The notes: generated by a model from the letters alone, not told the origin. 64,000 nucleotides of DNA from Candidatus Dadabacteria bacterium (GCA_963805855.1 CAWDVW010000002.1:640001-704000); one strand, 5' to 3'. Counted from the stretch's first letter, positions 32,260-45,081 are shown. Translations and numbers: made by a program.

Positions 32260-32730
32260 GGCACGAGCAAGCCTGTCCAGTTGAGTCGAGGGGCCTGTCC
32301 CGGGCATTGTCGAAGCAAGGTTTCCGCTACATCTGGTCTGAGACGTCAGCGATGTCTGAATGCCACGGCTACAAAATAATTATATCCCTTTTTCTGTAGC
32401 GGATTTTATGTAGCGGAGGTCTTTAGACCTCCAGATTTGATAATCCCCCCTTTTCTGGGCTTCCCTTTTCAAAAGGGGAGGACTCTAGGCGCCGTTTCAA
32501 GCGCATAAAGGCCTTCTTAGACGAAATGAAATGGAAACCTGAAGGTTTCCGCTACATGAAGACGCGATTCGATCGGGACAGGAATGTCCCGACTATCCAT
32601 GAAAAACGACATTATCATCAATCACGATAGGCGGGCTCGTCCAACCCCGAACGTACAAAACATAAGTCATGGAAACCTGTCCTGTCCTGAGTTGAGAGTC
32701 GAAGGGACTCATTACCTACCCGTGGCTACA
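32260..32730. repeat. Mosaic REP cluster (GTAG and GATAG hairpins)
   Basis: tgtagcggaggtctttagacctcc 32409, ggaaacctgaaggtttccgctac 32533, tcgggacaggaatgtcccgactatc 32573, gataggcggg...ccaacccc 32626. Confidence 0.85.
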
Positions 32731-32835
32731 TTACGAGATTGCCTGTCATCGCGAGGACATCGAATAGCGATCCCCTACCTACATCGAACTAACAACACTG
32801 CGACAAGCAACAGCGGATTCGCTAGTTAAAAATTC

Positions 32836-33975
32836 TCATATCAAATGGACCTGGATAAGAGCCAATGTATCCTTTACAACCCGTTTCATCTGAATTTTTT
32901 CTTCGTTATGCTTTATCTCGTCGACCCTAGGACTAATCTTTGGATGAAGAGCCAAAATTGAGCAACAGTCCTTATACGGTTTTATAGACATTTCATAACT
33001 GCCGACATTTTTAGCCAAATCTATTATTTCCTGCTTGTCAAAGCAGATAAGTGGTTGTAGAACAGGCACTGAAATACCATCGCTAACCACCCGCAGATTG
33101 TCCAGGGTTTGAGAGGCAACCTGCCCTAAACTATCACCCGTGACAATCCCCTTATACCCCCACCTTTTGGTAACCTCTTGTGCTACCTTAAACATCATCC
33201 TCCGAAATAAGATCAAATCATATCCTCTCAGGATCCCTTTTTTCAGCAAAGCAACCTGAAAAGGATGATAAGGAGCTAAAAACAGACGGGATTCCAAACC
33301 GTATTTACTCAATAAATCTACTATGTCCTTAATCTTAGACTTAAGTACGTTTCCATTCTTTAAAAAACTGTGAAAATGGATGTAATCAACCTTACAGCCA
33401 CGCTTCATCATCAAATACGCCGCCACAGGAGAGTCAAGTCCGCCAGATAAAAGGCACAAAACCTTTCCACTTACTCCTACTGGAAGACCACCCAGTCCTT
33501 TAGTTCTTTCGAAATATATAAAGACCTCATCCGCAATTTCAACATGAATCTTAAGTTGTGGATTCTTAAGACGAACCTTAAGGTTATATTTATTTTTAAC
33601 TTCTTCCCCGACCATCTTAGCCACCTCTGTAGATGTCAAACTGAAACTCTTATCGGCTCTCCTGACTATGACGCCAAACGTAGGGTAAGCAGTAATCTTT
33701 TCAGCAATGTTATCTAATACCGTTTTTATTATGGAATTTGTATTTTTTTCTGCGCTATGAGAATGGGCAAACCAGGAAATGCCGAAGACATCTCCCAGGC
33801 ATTCTGGACCGGCATTTTCAACGACGATCCTTCCCTCGAGTCGTCTTATATTCCCACCACACATTTTTCTAATGTTTTCAATTAGCTTATTCTCAAATAA
33901 ACGCCGGTTCTTACCCTTGAGAGCAAGTTCACCGTAATGCACTAGAATCGCCATGGGGGAACTCTCCGTGTCCAA
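32836..33975 (-). CDS. thiI: tRNA 4-thiouridine synthase
   Basis: HYGELALKGKNR, THUMP domain, GGLPVG, LLSGGLDSPVA, GDSLGQVASQTL, PYKDCC. Confidence 0.95.
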   Translation of the reverse strand: MDTESSPMAILVHYGELALKGKNRRLFENKLIENIRKMCGGNIRRLEGRIVVENAGPECLGDVFGISWFAHSHSAEKNTNSIIKTVLDNIAEKITAYPTFGVIVRRADKSFSLTSTEVAKMVGEEVKNKYNLKVRLKNPQLKIHVEIADEVFIYFERTKGLGGLPVGVSGKVLCLLSGGLDSPVAAYLMMKRGCKVDYIHFHSFLKNGNVLKSKIKDIVDLLSKYGLESRLFLAPYHPFQVALLKKGILRGYDLILFRRMMFKVAQEVTKRWGYKGIVTGDSLGQVASQTLDNLRVVSDGISVPVLQPLICFDKQEIIDLAKNVGSYEMSIKPYKDCCSILALHPKISPRVDEIKHNEEKIQMKRVVKDTLALIQVHLI

Positions 33976-34167
33976 AATATTACTACAACAAAACTATTCC
34001 GCCAATATTATAAATAAACAGATTTAACTTGCGAATTCATTATTTCTTGCTGCCGCGAAAATGCAAGTTAAAAATACTGGGCTAATCATGTATAATAATT
34101 TACCTTGGTAATCTCCCGTAGGTCGCTTTAGTGTTGATCCATGAAAAACCTGTAGAAAGGCGAAGCC

Positions 34168-34190
34168 TATCAGCACATAAACAAACAGTC
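34168..34190 (+). repeat. 23-bp direct repeat, copy 2
   Basis: Identical to 32216-32238. Confidence 0.85.
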
Positions 34191-34259
34191 GGGAGCAAAA
34201 AAAATCTTCTGCGATTTATGATTCTTAACACTATTTAGTAAGATAATAGGAGGAAAGCA

Positions 34260-36740
34260 ATGCAAACTCTAAGAAAAAACTCGATTTACGTAACAATTCT
34301 CTCAATTCTTCTTTCTCAGATCTTTATACCCAAAATGAGTTTTGGGGAGGTGTTCAATGTATCAAACGAGTCGGAATTGCGGCAAGCCCTGGCTACGGCA
34401 GATAGCAATGGTGACAATGACATAATTAACATTGCCGCTGGAACCTACGACACAGGCGGAACGCCCTTTCTTTACGAAGCCGAGGCCTCGGAGAACTTTT
34501 CAGTTGCCTTAATTGGGGCTGGTTCAGGTATTACCATATTGGATGGCGCCGATCTTGATCGGGTATTAATAATCAATACCAATAACGTTTCAGATAATTC
34601 TGATACGGACATAACAATTCGTTCAATCACAATTCAAAATGGCGATATTATCGGCACCGGGGGGGGGATCAGCATAATTTCAAAATCTCCAAATGCTAAA
34701 ATCGAGAACTGTGAATTCACAAACAACAACGCTTCAACTTCAGGGGGCGGAGCTTCAATAAGTGCAGAATCTTTAGTGATTATGAACAGTAAATTTACAA
34801 ATAATACCGCAGACACATTTGGAGGCGGTGCATTAGTTAGCGCCGAATCAGTAGCACTTAATGATAACGCATTCATGAGTAATTCTTCTGCAGGCTCTGG
34901 CGGGGGGATAAATATCTTCAGCGCGAAAACCACAACTTTATCGAACAACATATTCGAAAACAACTCTTCCATTGGATCAGACGGGGGAGGCACCTTCATC
35001 GATTCACAAAACGTTTCCCTTTCGCAAAATAATATCTTTAACAATAACTCCGCTCAAAATGACGGAGGAGCCGTTTACGCAGCAGGGGCGGTAAATGCAA
35101 ATTTCTTGGGTAACCTGTTTGAAAATAACATGGCCAATCAAAATGGAGGGGGTTCTTATATAAAAGCGTCTTCGCAGATAACCATGAGCAACAATACATT
35201 TAATGGCAACGGAGCGGGCTTGGACGGAGGGGGTTCTTACGCTGATGGTGATGGAAATGTCAACCTGAACGCAAATCTCTTTATGAATAATGTATCAAAT
35301 CGAAATGGAGGCGGAGCATCTGTCGACTCAAATAATGGAATACTAACCAACAATATATTTATAAAGAACGGTTCAATCAATTCAGGAGGGGCAGCGTACC
35401 TGACTGGCCCCGTCTCCAATACAACCAATAACACAATGACACTAAATTCAACTGCAGGCAATGGGGGTGGCCTTGCGGTAGATCTTCCAAACGAGACCGA
35501 TACCGCAAATATTTACAACAACATTATCTTCAACAACACATCTCAGACCAGCGGTCAGGATGACATTTTTGTAGATGATGATAGTGATAGACTTTTCAGC
35601 AAACTCGGATCATTTGTAAACCTTTTTAATAATGACTTCACCGAATTCTTCAGCTCGTGCGAAAATTTAGCTGGCTGCAATCCAAGGGTAGATCGTGGAA
35701 ATAATATTGATGCGGATCCGTCATTTGTTGATGCGGATGCAGGGGATGTAAACCTCACAGAAAACTCCCCCGCGATCGACGCCGGTGACCCAGACGCCCC
35801 AGACATTCCACCCGCCGACTTCGACGGAAACCCAAGGATACAGGGTCCCGCTCCTGATATGGGTGCACTAGAGTTTGTTGGGCCTCCGCCACCCGTGGAT
35901 GTTTTAATTGAGAAGACAGCCAATGTAATTTTCGTACCGCCTAACCGGGAGTCGGAAATCATGTACACGATAAAAATTGAAAACATAGGAGAGGAAAACG
36001 CCACTGAGGTGTCGGTACAGGATAACCTTCCCAAGGGCTCTACAATTGAAAGCCTAACACCGGGATGCGCTGAGGCTCAGTCGGGAATAGTCACCTGTCA
36101 AGTCGGCACACTCTTGACCGGCGAGGAGAGGACATTTGAAATTACGATCACAATCACTCCAAACGCTCAAACTGTAGTCAACCAAGCGATTGTCAATTTT
36201 GAAAACAGGGTAAAAATGGTATCCTTAGCAATACCAGTCGTAAGCGCTCCAAATGTTTCAATTGAAAAGTCCTCAAATGTCTCAACCGTAAGGAGGGGAC
36301 GCTCATCCCAAATCACGTACACCATACGAATCGAAAGCGATGGTGATGATGAAGCACGAGACGTAGTGGTAACTGACGACCTGCCGGAAGGTTCCACACT
36401 AGCGGAGGCTTCCCAAGGTTGCCTAGAAGAAAATCCTGGAACGGTCGTGTGCGATGTTGGGAATCTGCCTCAGGAAGAGGAAAGGGTTTTGAGCCTAACG
36501 ATAGACATTACTCCTCAAGCCGCAAGTATTATAAATCAAGCGATAGTAGAATTCCTCGGAGGTCAAAATTCTGACTCCTTTACCATCGGTGTGACTGGAG
36601 GAGAAGGAGAAGGCGGAGGAGGATGTTCAATGGCAGGTGGCCAGGGACAGTCTGGCTCACTGTCGACGATTGTAATTATTCTGTTGTTACCGCTTTTGTT
36701 AACTGGGTTGAGGCTTTTCCGAAAGAAATTATCGCGGTGA
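34260..36740 (+). CDS. Surface protein: parallel beta-helix repeats, choice-of-anchor Q, two DUF11 domains, Cys-containing C-terminal sorting tail
   Basis: Signal peptide; FxxN...GGG/GGA repeats; SPAIDAG..PR..G.APDMGALE; two IEKT/S..YTI.I...A..V.V.D.LP units; GGGGCSMAG-TM-RKK tail; AGGAGG SD. Confidence 0.88.
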   Translation: MQTLRKNSIYVTILSILLSQIFIPKMSFGEVFNVSNESELRQALATADSNGDNDIINIAAGTYDTGGTPFLYEAEASENFSVALIGAGSGITILDGADLDRVLIINTNNVSDNSDTDITIRSITIQNGDIIGTGGGISIISKSPNAKIENCEFTNNNASTSGGGASISAESLVIMNSKFTNNTADTFGGGALVSAESVALNDNAFMSNSSAGSGGGINIFSAKTTTLSNNIFENNSSIGSDGGGTFIDSQNVSLSQNNIFNNNSAQNDGGAVYAAGAVNANFLGNLFENNMANQNGGGSYIKASSQITMSNNTFNGNGAGLDGGGSYADGDGNVNLNANLFMNNVSNRNGGGASVDSNNGILTNNIFIKNGSINSGGAAYLTGPVSNTTNNTMTLNSTAGNGGGLAVDLPNETDTANIYNNIIFNNTSQTSGQDDIFVDDDSDRLFSKLGSFVNLFNNDFTEFFSSCENLAGCNPRVDRGNNIDADPSFVDADAGDVNLTENSPAIDAGDPDAPDIPPADFDGNPRIQGPAPDMGALEFVGPPPPVDVLIEKTANVIFVPPNRESEIMYTIKIENIGEENATEVSVQDNLPKGSTIESLTPGCAEAQSGIVTCQVGTLLTGEERTFEITITITPNAQTVVNQAIVNFENRVKMVSLAIPVVSAPNVSIEKSSNVSTVRRGRSSQITYTIRIESDGDDEARDVVVTDDLPEGSTLAEASQGCLEENPGTVVCDVGNLPQEEERVLSLTIDITPQAASIINQAIVEFLGGQNSDSFTIGVTGGEGEGGGGCSMAGGQGQSGSLSTIVIILLLPLLLTGLRLFRKKLSR

Positions 36741-36991
36741 GGCGAAGTTATCCGTCGAAATCCGATTCCGTAAGTCGTAATTTACCCTTCGATTTAGTGA
36801 GGACTTCGTCCTGAGCTCAGTAGAAAGATAAAATTCGAAATTCAAGAAATCTGGTGTACTATCATCTCCGAGGACTGCCCGCTACTAACATATACATATG
36901 GGGGACAACCCTTTCTGGATTCCCGTTTACTATCCACGGGAATGACACCTATTTTGTCATATCCTATGATTGTAATAGGGGTATCCATAGG

Positions 36992-37441
36992 TTTTCTGGA
37001 TTCGCGCTAACTCCTGTCCCCGCGTGCGTTTAACGGGGAATCCGCGGGAATAACAGGCCAGGAGAAGGCTTCGCTAGAGCCTGCACCGAGCCTTTCAAAC
37101 TGCTCCAATGACACTTTCTTCATGTAGCGGAGGTCTTTAGACCTCCAGGTTTTTATTGTGGAAACCTAAAGGTTTCCGCTACGTGTAGACGCGATTCTAT
37201 CGGGACAAGAATGTCCCGACTATCCATAATAAATACGCTTATCAATAATGATAGGCGGGGTTTTCCAACCCCGCATGGATAAAACACATGGCGTGGAAAC
37301 CTGAAGGTTTCCGCTACATTTAATAAATGTCATGCAGATCGACCACCCTAGAACCAATTTATTGTGCTCTTTTTGGCGGCCAGAAGGTCGCCGCTAGAAT
37401 AATCATATCCCTTATTTCCGCCACTGGCTCCCAAAACTCCG
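36992..37441 (-). mobile_element. Inverted, internally deleted (non-autonomous) copy of the RAYT/REP module
   Basis: Reverse complement matches 44401-44459, the last ~11 RAYT codons (GSRVVDLHDIY*), the REP array, 45256-45305 and 45449-45511, in collinear order. Confidence 0.82.
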
Positions 37442-37635
37442 CCACTTTTGAAGCAAATTTCAGCGATCTCCAGTCCGACGCTAGGTAGGAGATTCCTCGC
37501 TTCGCTCGGAATGACGCCTCGCTACAGCTAGCCATAGAGAACTACAAATTTTAACCCCACTATTGAGAAATCCCTTCATATCGGTTATAAAATATATCCC
37601 AATAGAGTCCTTGAGAATTCATTGACCGAATCAAA

Positions 37636-38694
37636 ATGAGAGCAATCATATACTTTTTATCTATAATTATTATGCTGACCTCGGGATGCAGCCAGTCTAA
37701 AAAGGATGAAGGAAAAAACAGTCCTCTTGAGTCCTCAAAAGAACAAAGCGGCTCTAGTGAGAACATAGTCGCCCGGGTTAACTCAAGACCCATTTACGAA
37801 ACGGAGCTTCGCGATAGGAATCTCGATGATATCATAGCCGATGAGATACTATATCAGGACGCGATACGGCAGGGCTTAGATAAGGATGTTTCGATCGAAG
37901 ATCGGGTAAAAAGATATAAGAGAAATTTAATCGTAAGCACACTGGTTAAAAGTGATGAAGATGCCTTGCGCAGAGTGGCTTCCAAGTCCAGGCGCGCCGT
38001 CCAAAGCTATTTGGAAAAGAAACTGAAACCGGGTGAGGATGGTTCAAACGAGGAAGAGCTAAATAGCCAACAATCAAACCATGCCATTCCCAAGGACTTC
38101 CTTTACGAAGAAGCGGTAAGGGTAGGCCTTGATAAGGATGAGAAAATTATCGATGACGTAAATAAATTTAGAAGGAACCTGGTCACATATGAATACAAGA
38201 ACAAACTCGTTCCAGACCTCTCTGCACTCGATGATATAAATCAAGAAGACATAAATAAATTTTACGAGGATAACAGGCTTAAATTTACGAAGTACGATCT
38301 AGAGTTTTTATCATTGAACGATAAAGGAGTTGCAGACGAGCTTGATAAGAGGGCAAAGGCTGGCGAGGATCTTAAGAATCTCTATTCGCAGTATAATGCA
38401 AAATATCCGGACGCTAAGATAATATATAGAAAGCTGTTTTACAATACCAAATATGCAAACCTGCTAGTAGGCAAGCAAGTCGGTACCGTCAGTGACATCT
38501 TGAATGAGGATGATAATTATAAGATATTGAAACTGAAAAACATAAGAGTAGAGCCTGTTTCAAGGGTACAAGGCAGGATAAAAAACTACCTCTTGATCCA
38601 GAAAAAGGATAGAAAACTGAGAGAGATTGCGAATTCCGTAGCGAAGAAAAACAATATCGAGGTTGAAATCTATATGGAGAACCAGAAAATATGA
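37636..38694 (+). CDS. SurA_N/PpiC-like foldase lipoprotein, paralog of 31356-32165
   Basis: Lipobox TSGC; IVARVN.RPIY; internally duplicated LY..A.R.GLDKD helix; AKAGEDL; VGTVSDI. Confidence 0.7.
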   Translation: MRAIIYFLSIIIMLTSGCSQSKKDEGKNSPLESSKEQSGSSENIVARVNSRPIYETELRDRNLDDIIADEILYQDAIRQGLDKDVSIEDRVKRYKRNLIVSTLVKSDEDALRRVASKSRRAVQSYLEKKLKPGEDGSNEEELNSQQSNHAIPKDFLYEEAVRVGLDKDEKIIDDVNKFRRNLVTYEYKNKLVPDLSALDDINQEDINKFYEDNRLKFTKYDLEFLSLNDKGVADELDKRAKAGEDLKNLYSQYNAKYPDAKIIYRKLFYNTKYANLLVGKQVGTVSDILNEDDNYKILKLKNIRVEPVSRVQGRIKNYLLIQKKDRKLREIANSVAKKNNIEVEIYMENQKI

Positions 38695-39224
38695 AATCAT
38701 CAAGGAGAAGGTTTCTGAAATCGATTGGAGCCGCACTTCTAGCGAACGGTATCCTTTCCTACTTCCCTCTTCGCCTCTTTGCAAAAACCGATGATGCGAT
38801 CAGCAATGGTATCGAAATTACAACTGGATTCATTGTGTTTAACGAAAAAACCCAAAGAATCATGTTAGCCCTTGCTGAAACCCTCGTACCATGGGCAAAG
38901 GAGATCGAATTCAGGAAATTGTTCATGGAGAAGATGAAGGGTGACCATGGTCTTGCCGGGGCCTTTGACGCCGGGCTGTGGAATTTAAACGCCAATTCGT
39001 TAACTATACTCAAAAAACCCTTTTACGAACTCGGGAAAGTAGAGGAAAAGAAGAAGGTTATAGACCACATAATAGATAGAAATTATCAGTTTTACACAAA
39101 GTTTCGTAGAGTAACAATCGAAATTGTCTTTTCCAACCCAACCGCTTGGAAAAGGATTTCGTACAATGGTCCTCCACAACCCAGGGGGTTTATGGATTAC
39201 ACTATGCCTCCGAAGGTTGGATAA
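38691..39224 (+). CDS. Tat-exported gluconate 2-dehydrogenase subunit 3-like protein
   Basis: SRRRFLK twin-arginine signal; LAETLVP; FSNPTAW..I.Y.GPPQPRGF C-terminus; ATGA overlap with upstream gene. Confidence 0.8.
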   Translation: MKSSRRRFLKSIGAALLANGILSYFPLRLFAKTDDAISNGIEITTGFIVFNEKTQRIMLALAETLVPWAKEIEFRKLFMEKMKGDHGLAGAFDAGLWNLNANSLTILKKPFYELGKVEEKKKVIDHIIDRNYQFYTKFRRVTIEIVFSNPTAWKRISYNGPPQPRGFMDYTMPPKVG

Positions 39225-39337
39225 GCCTACCTATTTTCCCTTCGGTTCACGTGTTCCTGCGACGAACCTCGTGGCAGGCTTGCTCGTGACAATTGATCAC
39301 ATCCCACCAGCAAGACTGGTGGGCTTACCCTATTTAT

Positions 39338-39606
39338 GCGGGGTAAGAAAACCCCGCCTATGATTATTGATAAGTCTACACGTAGCGGAAACCTTTAGGT
39401 TTCCACAATAAAAACCTGGAGGTCTAAAGACCTCCGCTACATAAAAAGCCATATAATTTTTCGGGGGCGACCTTCGGACGTCAGTGATATCCCAAATCAA
39501 ATGTAGCGGAAACCTTTAGGTTTCCACAACAAAAACCTGGAGGACTAAAGACGTCCGCTACATAAAAAGGCAGTATAATTTTTGTAGCGGCGAGCTTCAG
39601 GTCGCC
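39338..39606. repeat. REP doublets (REPIN-like) upstream of RAYT copy 1
   Basis: GTAGCGGAAACCTTTAGGTTTCC-spacer-GGAGGTCTAAAGACCTCCGCTAC at 39382-39440, a variant at 39503-39561, and GTAGCGGCGAGCTTCAGGTCGCC at 39584. Confidence 0.9.
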
Positions 39607-39615
39607 ACACAGACA

Positions 39616-40095
39616 ACGTCAACCGGTTTCAGAAGAGAAACAAATACGCTGAAGGACTTCGAATGCGCCAATCCATTCATATATTCCGCCACTATATTCA
39701 GCTATAAAAAAAGCAAAACCTTTGTTAATAGGGACACACTCTCAGAAACGCTAAAGCATCTTGAGAAATCGGCACATAGGCATAACCTGCAGGTCCTCGC
39801 CTATTGTTTTATGCCCGATCATCTTCACATTTTGGTTGGCTCCAATAACATTCAAGGTAGCCTAATAAATTTTATCAAGTATTTCAAGCAGAAAACCGGG
39901 TACGAATTTAAGAAGAAGCATCATATTAAACTATGGCAGAAAAGTTTTTACGATCACATACTACGTAAGGAAGAATCGGTAATCGATTTAGTGAAATATA
40001 TATTCAATAATCCCGTCAGAAAAGGGTTGGTTAAAGAGTTTAGGGAATACCCATTCCTTGGTTCCATGGTGGTCGATCTAGATGATATTTATTAA
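39616..40095 (+). pseudogene. REP-associated tyrosine transposase (RAYT) copy 1, start mutated to ACG
   Basis: Collinear with 44600-45079, about 20 substitutions in 480 nt by manual comparison; HUH motif PDHLH intact. Confidence 0.85.
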
Positions 40096-40097
40096 AT

Positions 40098-40289
40098 GTA
40101 GCGGAAACCTTCAGGTTTCCATTCCCTTGTTTTATGGAGGCGGCGTTGGAAAACGCCGCCTATCGTTATTGACACGCTATTTATTATGGATAGTCGGGAC
40201 ATTCCAGTCCCGATAGAATCGCGTCTACACGTAGCGGAAACCTTTAGGTTTCCACAATAAAAACCTGGAGGTCTAAAGACCTCCGCTAC
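40098..40289. repeat. REP array downstream of RAYT copy 1
   Basis: GTAG hairpin 40098-40120, GATAG hairpins 40136-40163 and 40189-40213, doublet 40231-40289. Confidence 0.9.
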
Positions 40290-40291
40290 AT

Positions 40292-40329
40292 AAAAAAAAC
40301 CAGGGAATCCGTTATAACAGATTCCCTGG
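40292..40329 (-). terminator. Rho-independent terminator of the surface-protein operon
   Basis: ccagggaatc-loop-gattccctgg hairpin followed by T8 on the minus strand; a second hairpin lies at 40354-40381. Confidence 0.75.
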
Positions 40330-40405
40330 CTCTTTAAAATCCTAACTTAAGGCGATAGGAAGGCTCAAGTGCCTTCCTATCCTTCAATTCATTCTAAAAC
40401 CTACC

Positions 40406-42529
<2,124 letters not shown>

Positions 42530-42582
42530 TATTTATCCTCCTTTATTTGTTTTTTGAATGTCATAAACGTTTTCTCCTTAAT

Positions 42583-43749
42583 TTAGAAACAACTAACAAA
42601 TGGCAACCCGCAGAGTGCCCTTATGAATGGCTGTATTCCGAATAGATCGAGGAAACCAACGCTTGAGAACGGGGTTGATATAACGGAATCCATGCTTCCA
42701 GTGTCTCCACCGTTGTTCAGGCCATAGAAACCGCTGAATATGACACCTGGCGGTATCGCGGTAATAAATCCATCCAGGATCAACTGACCAACTTGATCTG
42801 GCCCTGAGCAGATATTGTCTCCGTCCTGGACAAGAAGGTTGTTCCCTTCCCTGCTCGCAGGATGCGCACCATTTATACCCAGATCAAAACCAACCACAGG
42901 ACTCTGACCGAAAAGACCAAATACAATACTGGCTACGGTCCCTGCGTTGTCTAAATCGCATAAAAAGGCAACCGGTGGACAGTCTTCCACCTGTTCGTTC
43001 TCATCCCATATATTAGCGCTGAAACCGGCAAATATGTTTCCCGCAACAGATACTGTCGCAGTACCTGTGGCCGTACTCAAATCAAATAGGGGTAGCACAG
43101 CAATCCCATAAACGTCAGACATGTTATTTCCATCGACACTGTCAAAAGGAATCGAATAATTTCCTGGCAGTGAGAAGAAGGCGCCTAATACGTCGCCAGC
43201 TATTGACAGCACCGAGAGGCCATTCAGGTTTGTCCTGTACTCATAACCCTCATCCCTCACAATCCTTATATTTCCAATGGCTTGACCAAGCGCTATGTCA
43301 CCATTTCCATCCGCTACCGACGCTACGAATATACCATAACTGGGATCACTGAAGTCTGTAATGTCCTGACCGTCATTAGAAACCATATTGCTCAAGTCAT
43401 AGACAAATGTATCATCATGAGTGTAGGTGTCGAAGAAGCTCGTCACCCTACAATTGTCCGAGACGTCAAATATCTGAACGTGAACCCTCAGAGGCAGGCT
43501 AGAGGTATTTGTAAGCTGAATCGTGGTGTTGCCCTCCCTCTGGTCAAAAACACCAAAAAGCATTAGCACTCCAGTATCATTGTCAGTATCCGCGATTGAA
43601 AGCGGAAGTATTCCCCCGGCCCACGCCCTGGCCGGAACAAATATTAAAGCTGCAAGCAACAGCACTTTGAGCTTTGCCATAACACTTTTTAAAAGCATAA
43701 CGTTTATCCTCCTTCTTTGTTTTATTTCTTCTGATACAACTTTAGTCAT
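42583..43749 (-). CDS. Secreted protein of unknown function, paralogous core to 40406-42529 (alternative start 43698)
   Basis: Signal peptide ending ARAWA; shared motifs VHV.I.D..C..F.D..T..D.FVYDLSN and LGIN.A.P. Confidence 0.85.
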   Translation of the reverse strand: MTKVVSEEIKQRRRINVMLLKSVMAKLKVLLLAALIFVPARAWAGGILPLSIADTDNDTGVLMLFGVFDQREGNTTIQLTNTSSLPLRVHVQIFDVSDNCRVTSFFDTYTHDDTFVYDLSNMVSNDGQDITDFSDPSYGIFVASVADGNGDIALGQAIGNIRIVRDEGYEYRTNLNGLSVLSIAGDVLGAFFSLPGNYSIPFDSVDGNNMSDVYGIAVLPLFDLSTATGTATVSVAGNIFAGFSANIWDENEQVEDCPPVAFLCDLDNAGTVASIVFGLFGQSPVVGFDLGINGAHPASREGNNLLVQDGDNICSGPDQVGQLILDGFITAIPPGVIFSGFYGLNNGGDTGSMDSVISTPFSSVGFLDLFGIQPFIRALCGLPFVSCF

Positions 43750-44486
43750 TTATCATCCTCCTTTTTTGTTTCTCAGAAATATTTGGGGGTTGGACAGAAG
43801 CAAATTGGTGTCAGAATGCGAGCCACTTCAAATATCCTTTGGTAACCTTCGGTTCGCCCCAAACTCAATTGCTCTGGCGATTTTTCCATTTCCCAAATTA
43901 CATCACACATAAATCACTTTGTCAAGACCTTTTTGTTTAAAATCAAAAAACAAGAAGTGGGTAACTCTGAGCCCTCCCTTAAGATTTTTCATATTACATC
44001 ATATTCAGCATATTATGTCAATAGGCAATTTACAACTTTTTTGATTTTGCGTCAAGATGCCCATCTTTACAATTTCTTTTTGCATGATCATTAATCTCGA
44101 CTTTGGTAAAGCATCCGAACATTCCGAATATAAAGTATCCGAATATATAGAAGAAAGTCAAGAGAAAATCATTTGCATATGATGCGAAACAAGAATTTCA
44201 TTATCACCTTCTGGTATTCTGGTATTAAGGTAGCTTCTGTTACCTCAATTCCAGTCCTCGACAACAAGACGGTATAGGTAAATAGTTGCCGCTGAATATG
44301 ATATGATGTTCCGTTCTCCATATCTCTAATATTAAAAAGTGTGTGATAGGAGAAAGGTTCAATCTCGGAGTTTATCTGAAATACATCGAAGGGCAAATGA
44401 CGGAGTTGTGGGAGCCAGTGGCAGGAATAAGGAATATGATTATTCTAGCGGCGACATTCAGACATCTGTGATGTCTTGGTTTAGAT

Positions 44487-44545
44487 GTAGCGGAAACCTT
44501 CATGTTTCCACAATAAAAACCTGGAGGACTAAAGTCCTCCGCTAC
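44487..44545. repeat. REP doublet upstream of RAYT copy 2
   Basis: GTAGCGGAAACCTTCATGTTTCC...GGAGGACTAAAGTCCTCCGCTAC. Confidence 0.88.
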
Positions 44546-44599
44546 ACAAGAAGGCAGTATAATTGTTGTAAGGGTCACATTTAGGTCGCCACACAAAGA

Positions 44600-45079
44600 A
44601 TGTCAACCGGTTTCAGAAGAAAGACAAATAGGCTGAAGGACTTCGAATACACCAATCCATTCATATATTCCGTCACTATATGCAGCTATAAAAAAAGCAA
44701 AACCTTTGTTAATAGGGACACAGTCTCAGAAACGGTAAAGCATCTTGGGAAATCGGCACATAGGCATAACCTTCAGGTGCTCGCCTATTGTTTTATGCCC
44801 GATCATCTTCACATTTTGGTTGGCTCCAATAACATTCAAGGTAGCCTAATAAATTTTATCAAGTATTTCAAGCAGAAAACCGGGTACGAATTTAAGAAGA
44901 AGCATCATATTAAACTATGGCAAAAAAGTTTTTACGATCACATACTACGTAAGGAAGAATCGGTAATCGATGTAGTGAAATATATATTCGATAACCCCGT
45001 TAGAAAAGGGTTGGTTAAAGAGTTTAAGGATTACCCATTCCTTGGTTCTATGGTGGTCGATCTAGATGATATTTATTAA
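44600..45079 (+). mobile_element. REP-associated tyrosine transposase (RAYT, Y1/HUH), intact copy 2
   Basis: RL..FEY, VTIC, YCFMPDHLH (HUH), WQKSFYDHILR, YIFDNPVRKGLV (catalytic Tyr); flanked by GTAG REPs. Confidence 0.93.
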
Positions 45080-45081
45080 AT

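Noticed and set aside
34634-36397. Several long antisense ORFs
   Set aside because: Mirror frames of the low-complexity Asn/Gly-rich beta-helix gene.
39382-39606. Possible CRISPR array (repeated palindromes with spacers)
   Set aside because: Repeats alternate in type and orientation, spacers are themselves repeated, no cas genes are present, and a RAYT is adjacent. These are REPs.
44169-44596. Short ORFs upstream of RAYT copy 2
   Set aside because: No recognisable motifs or SD; they overlap REP and element-end sequence.
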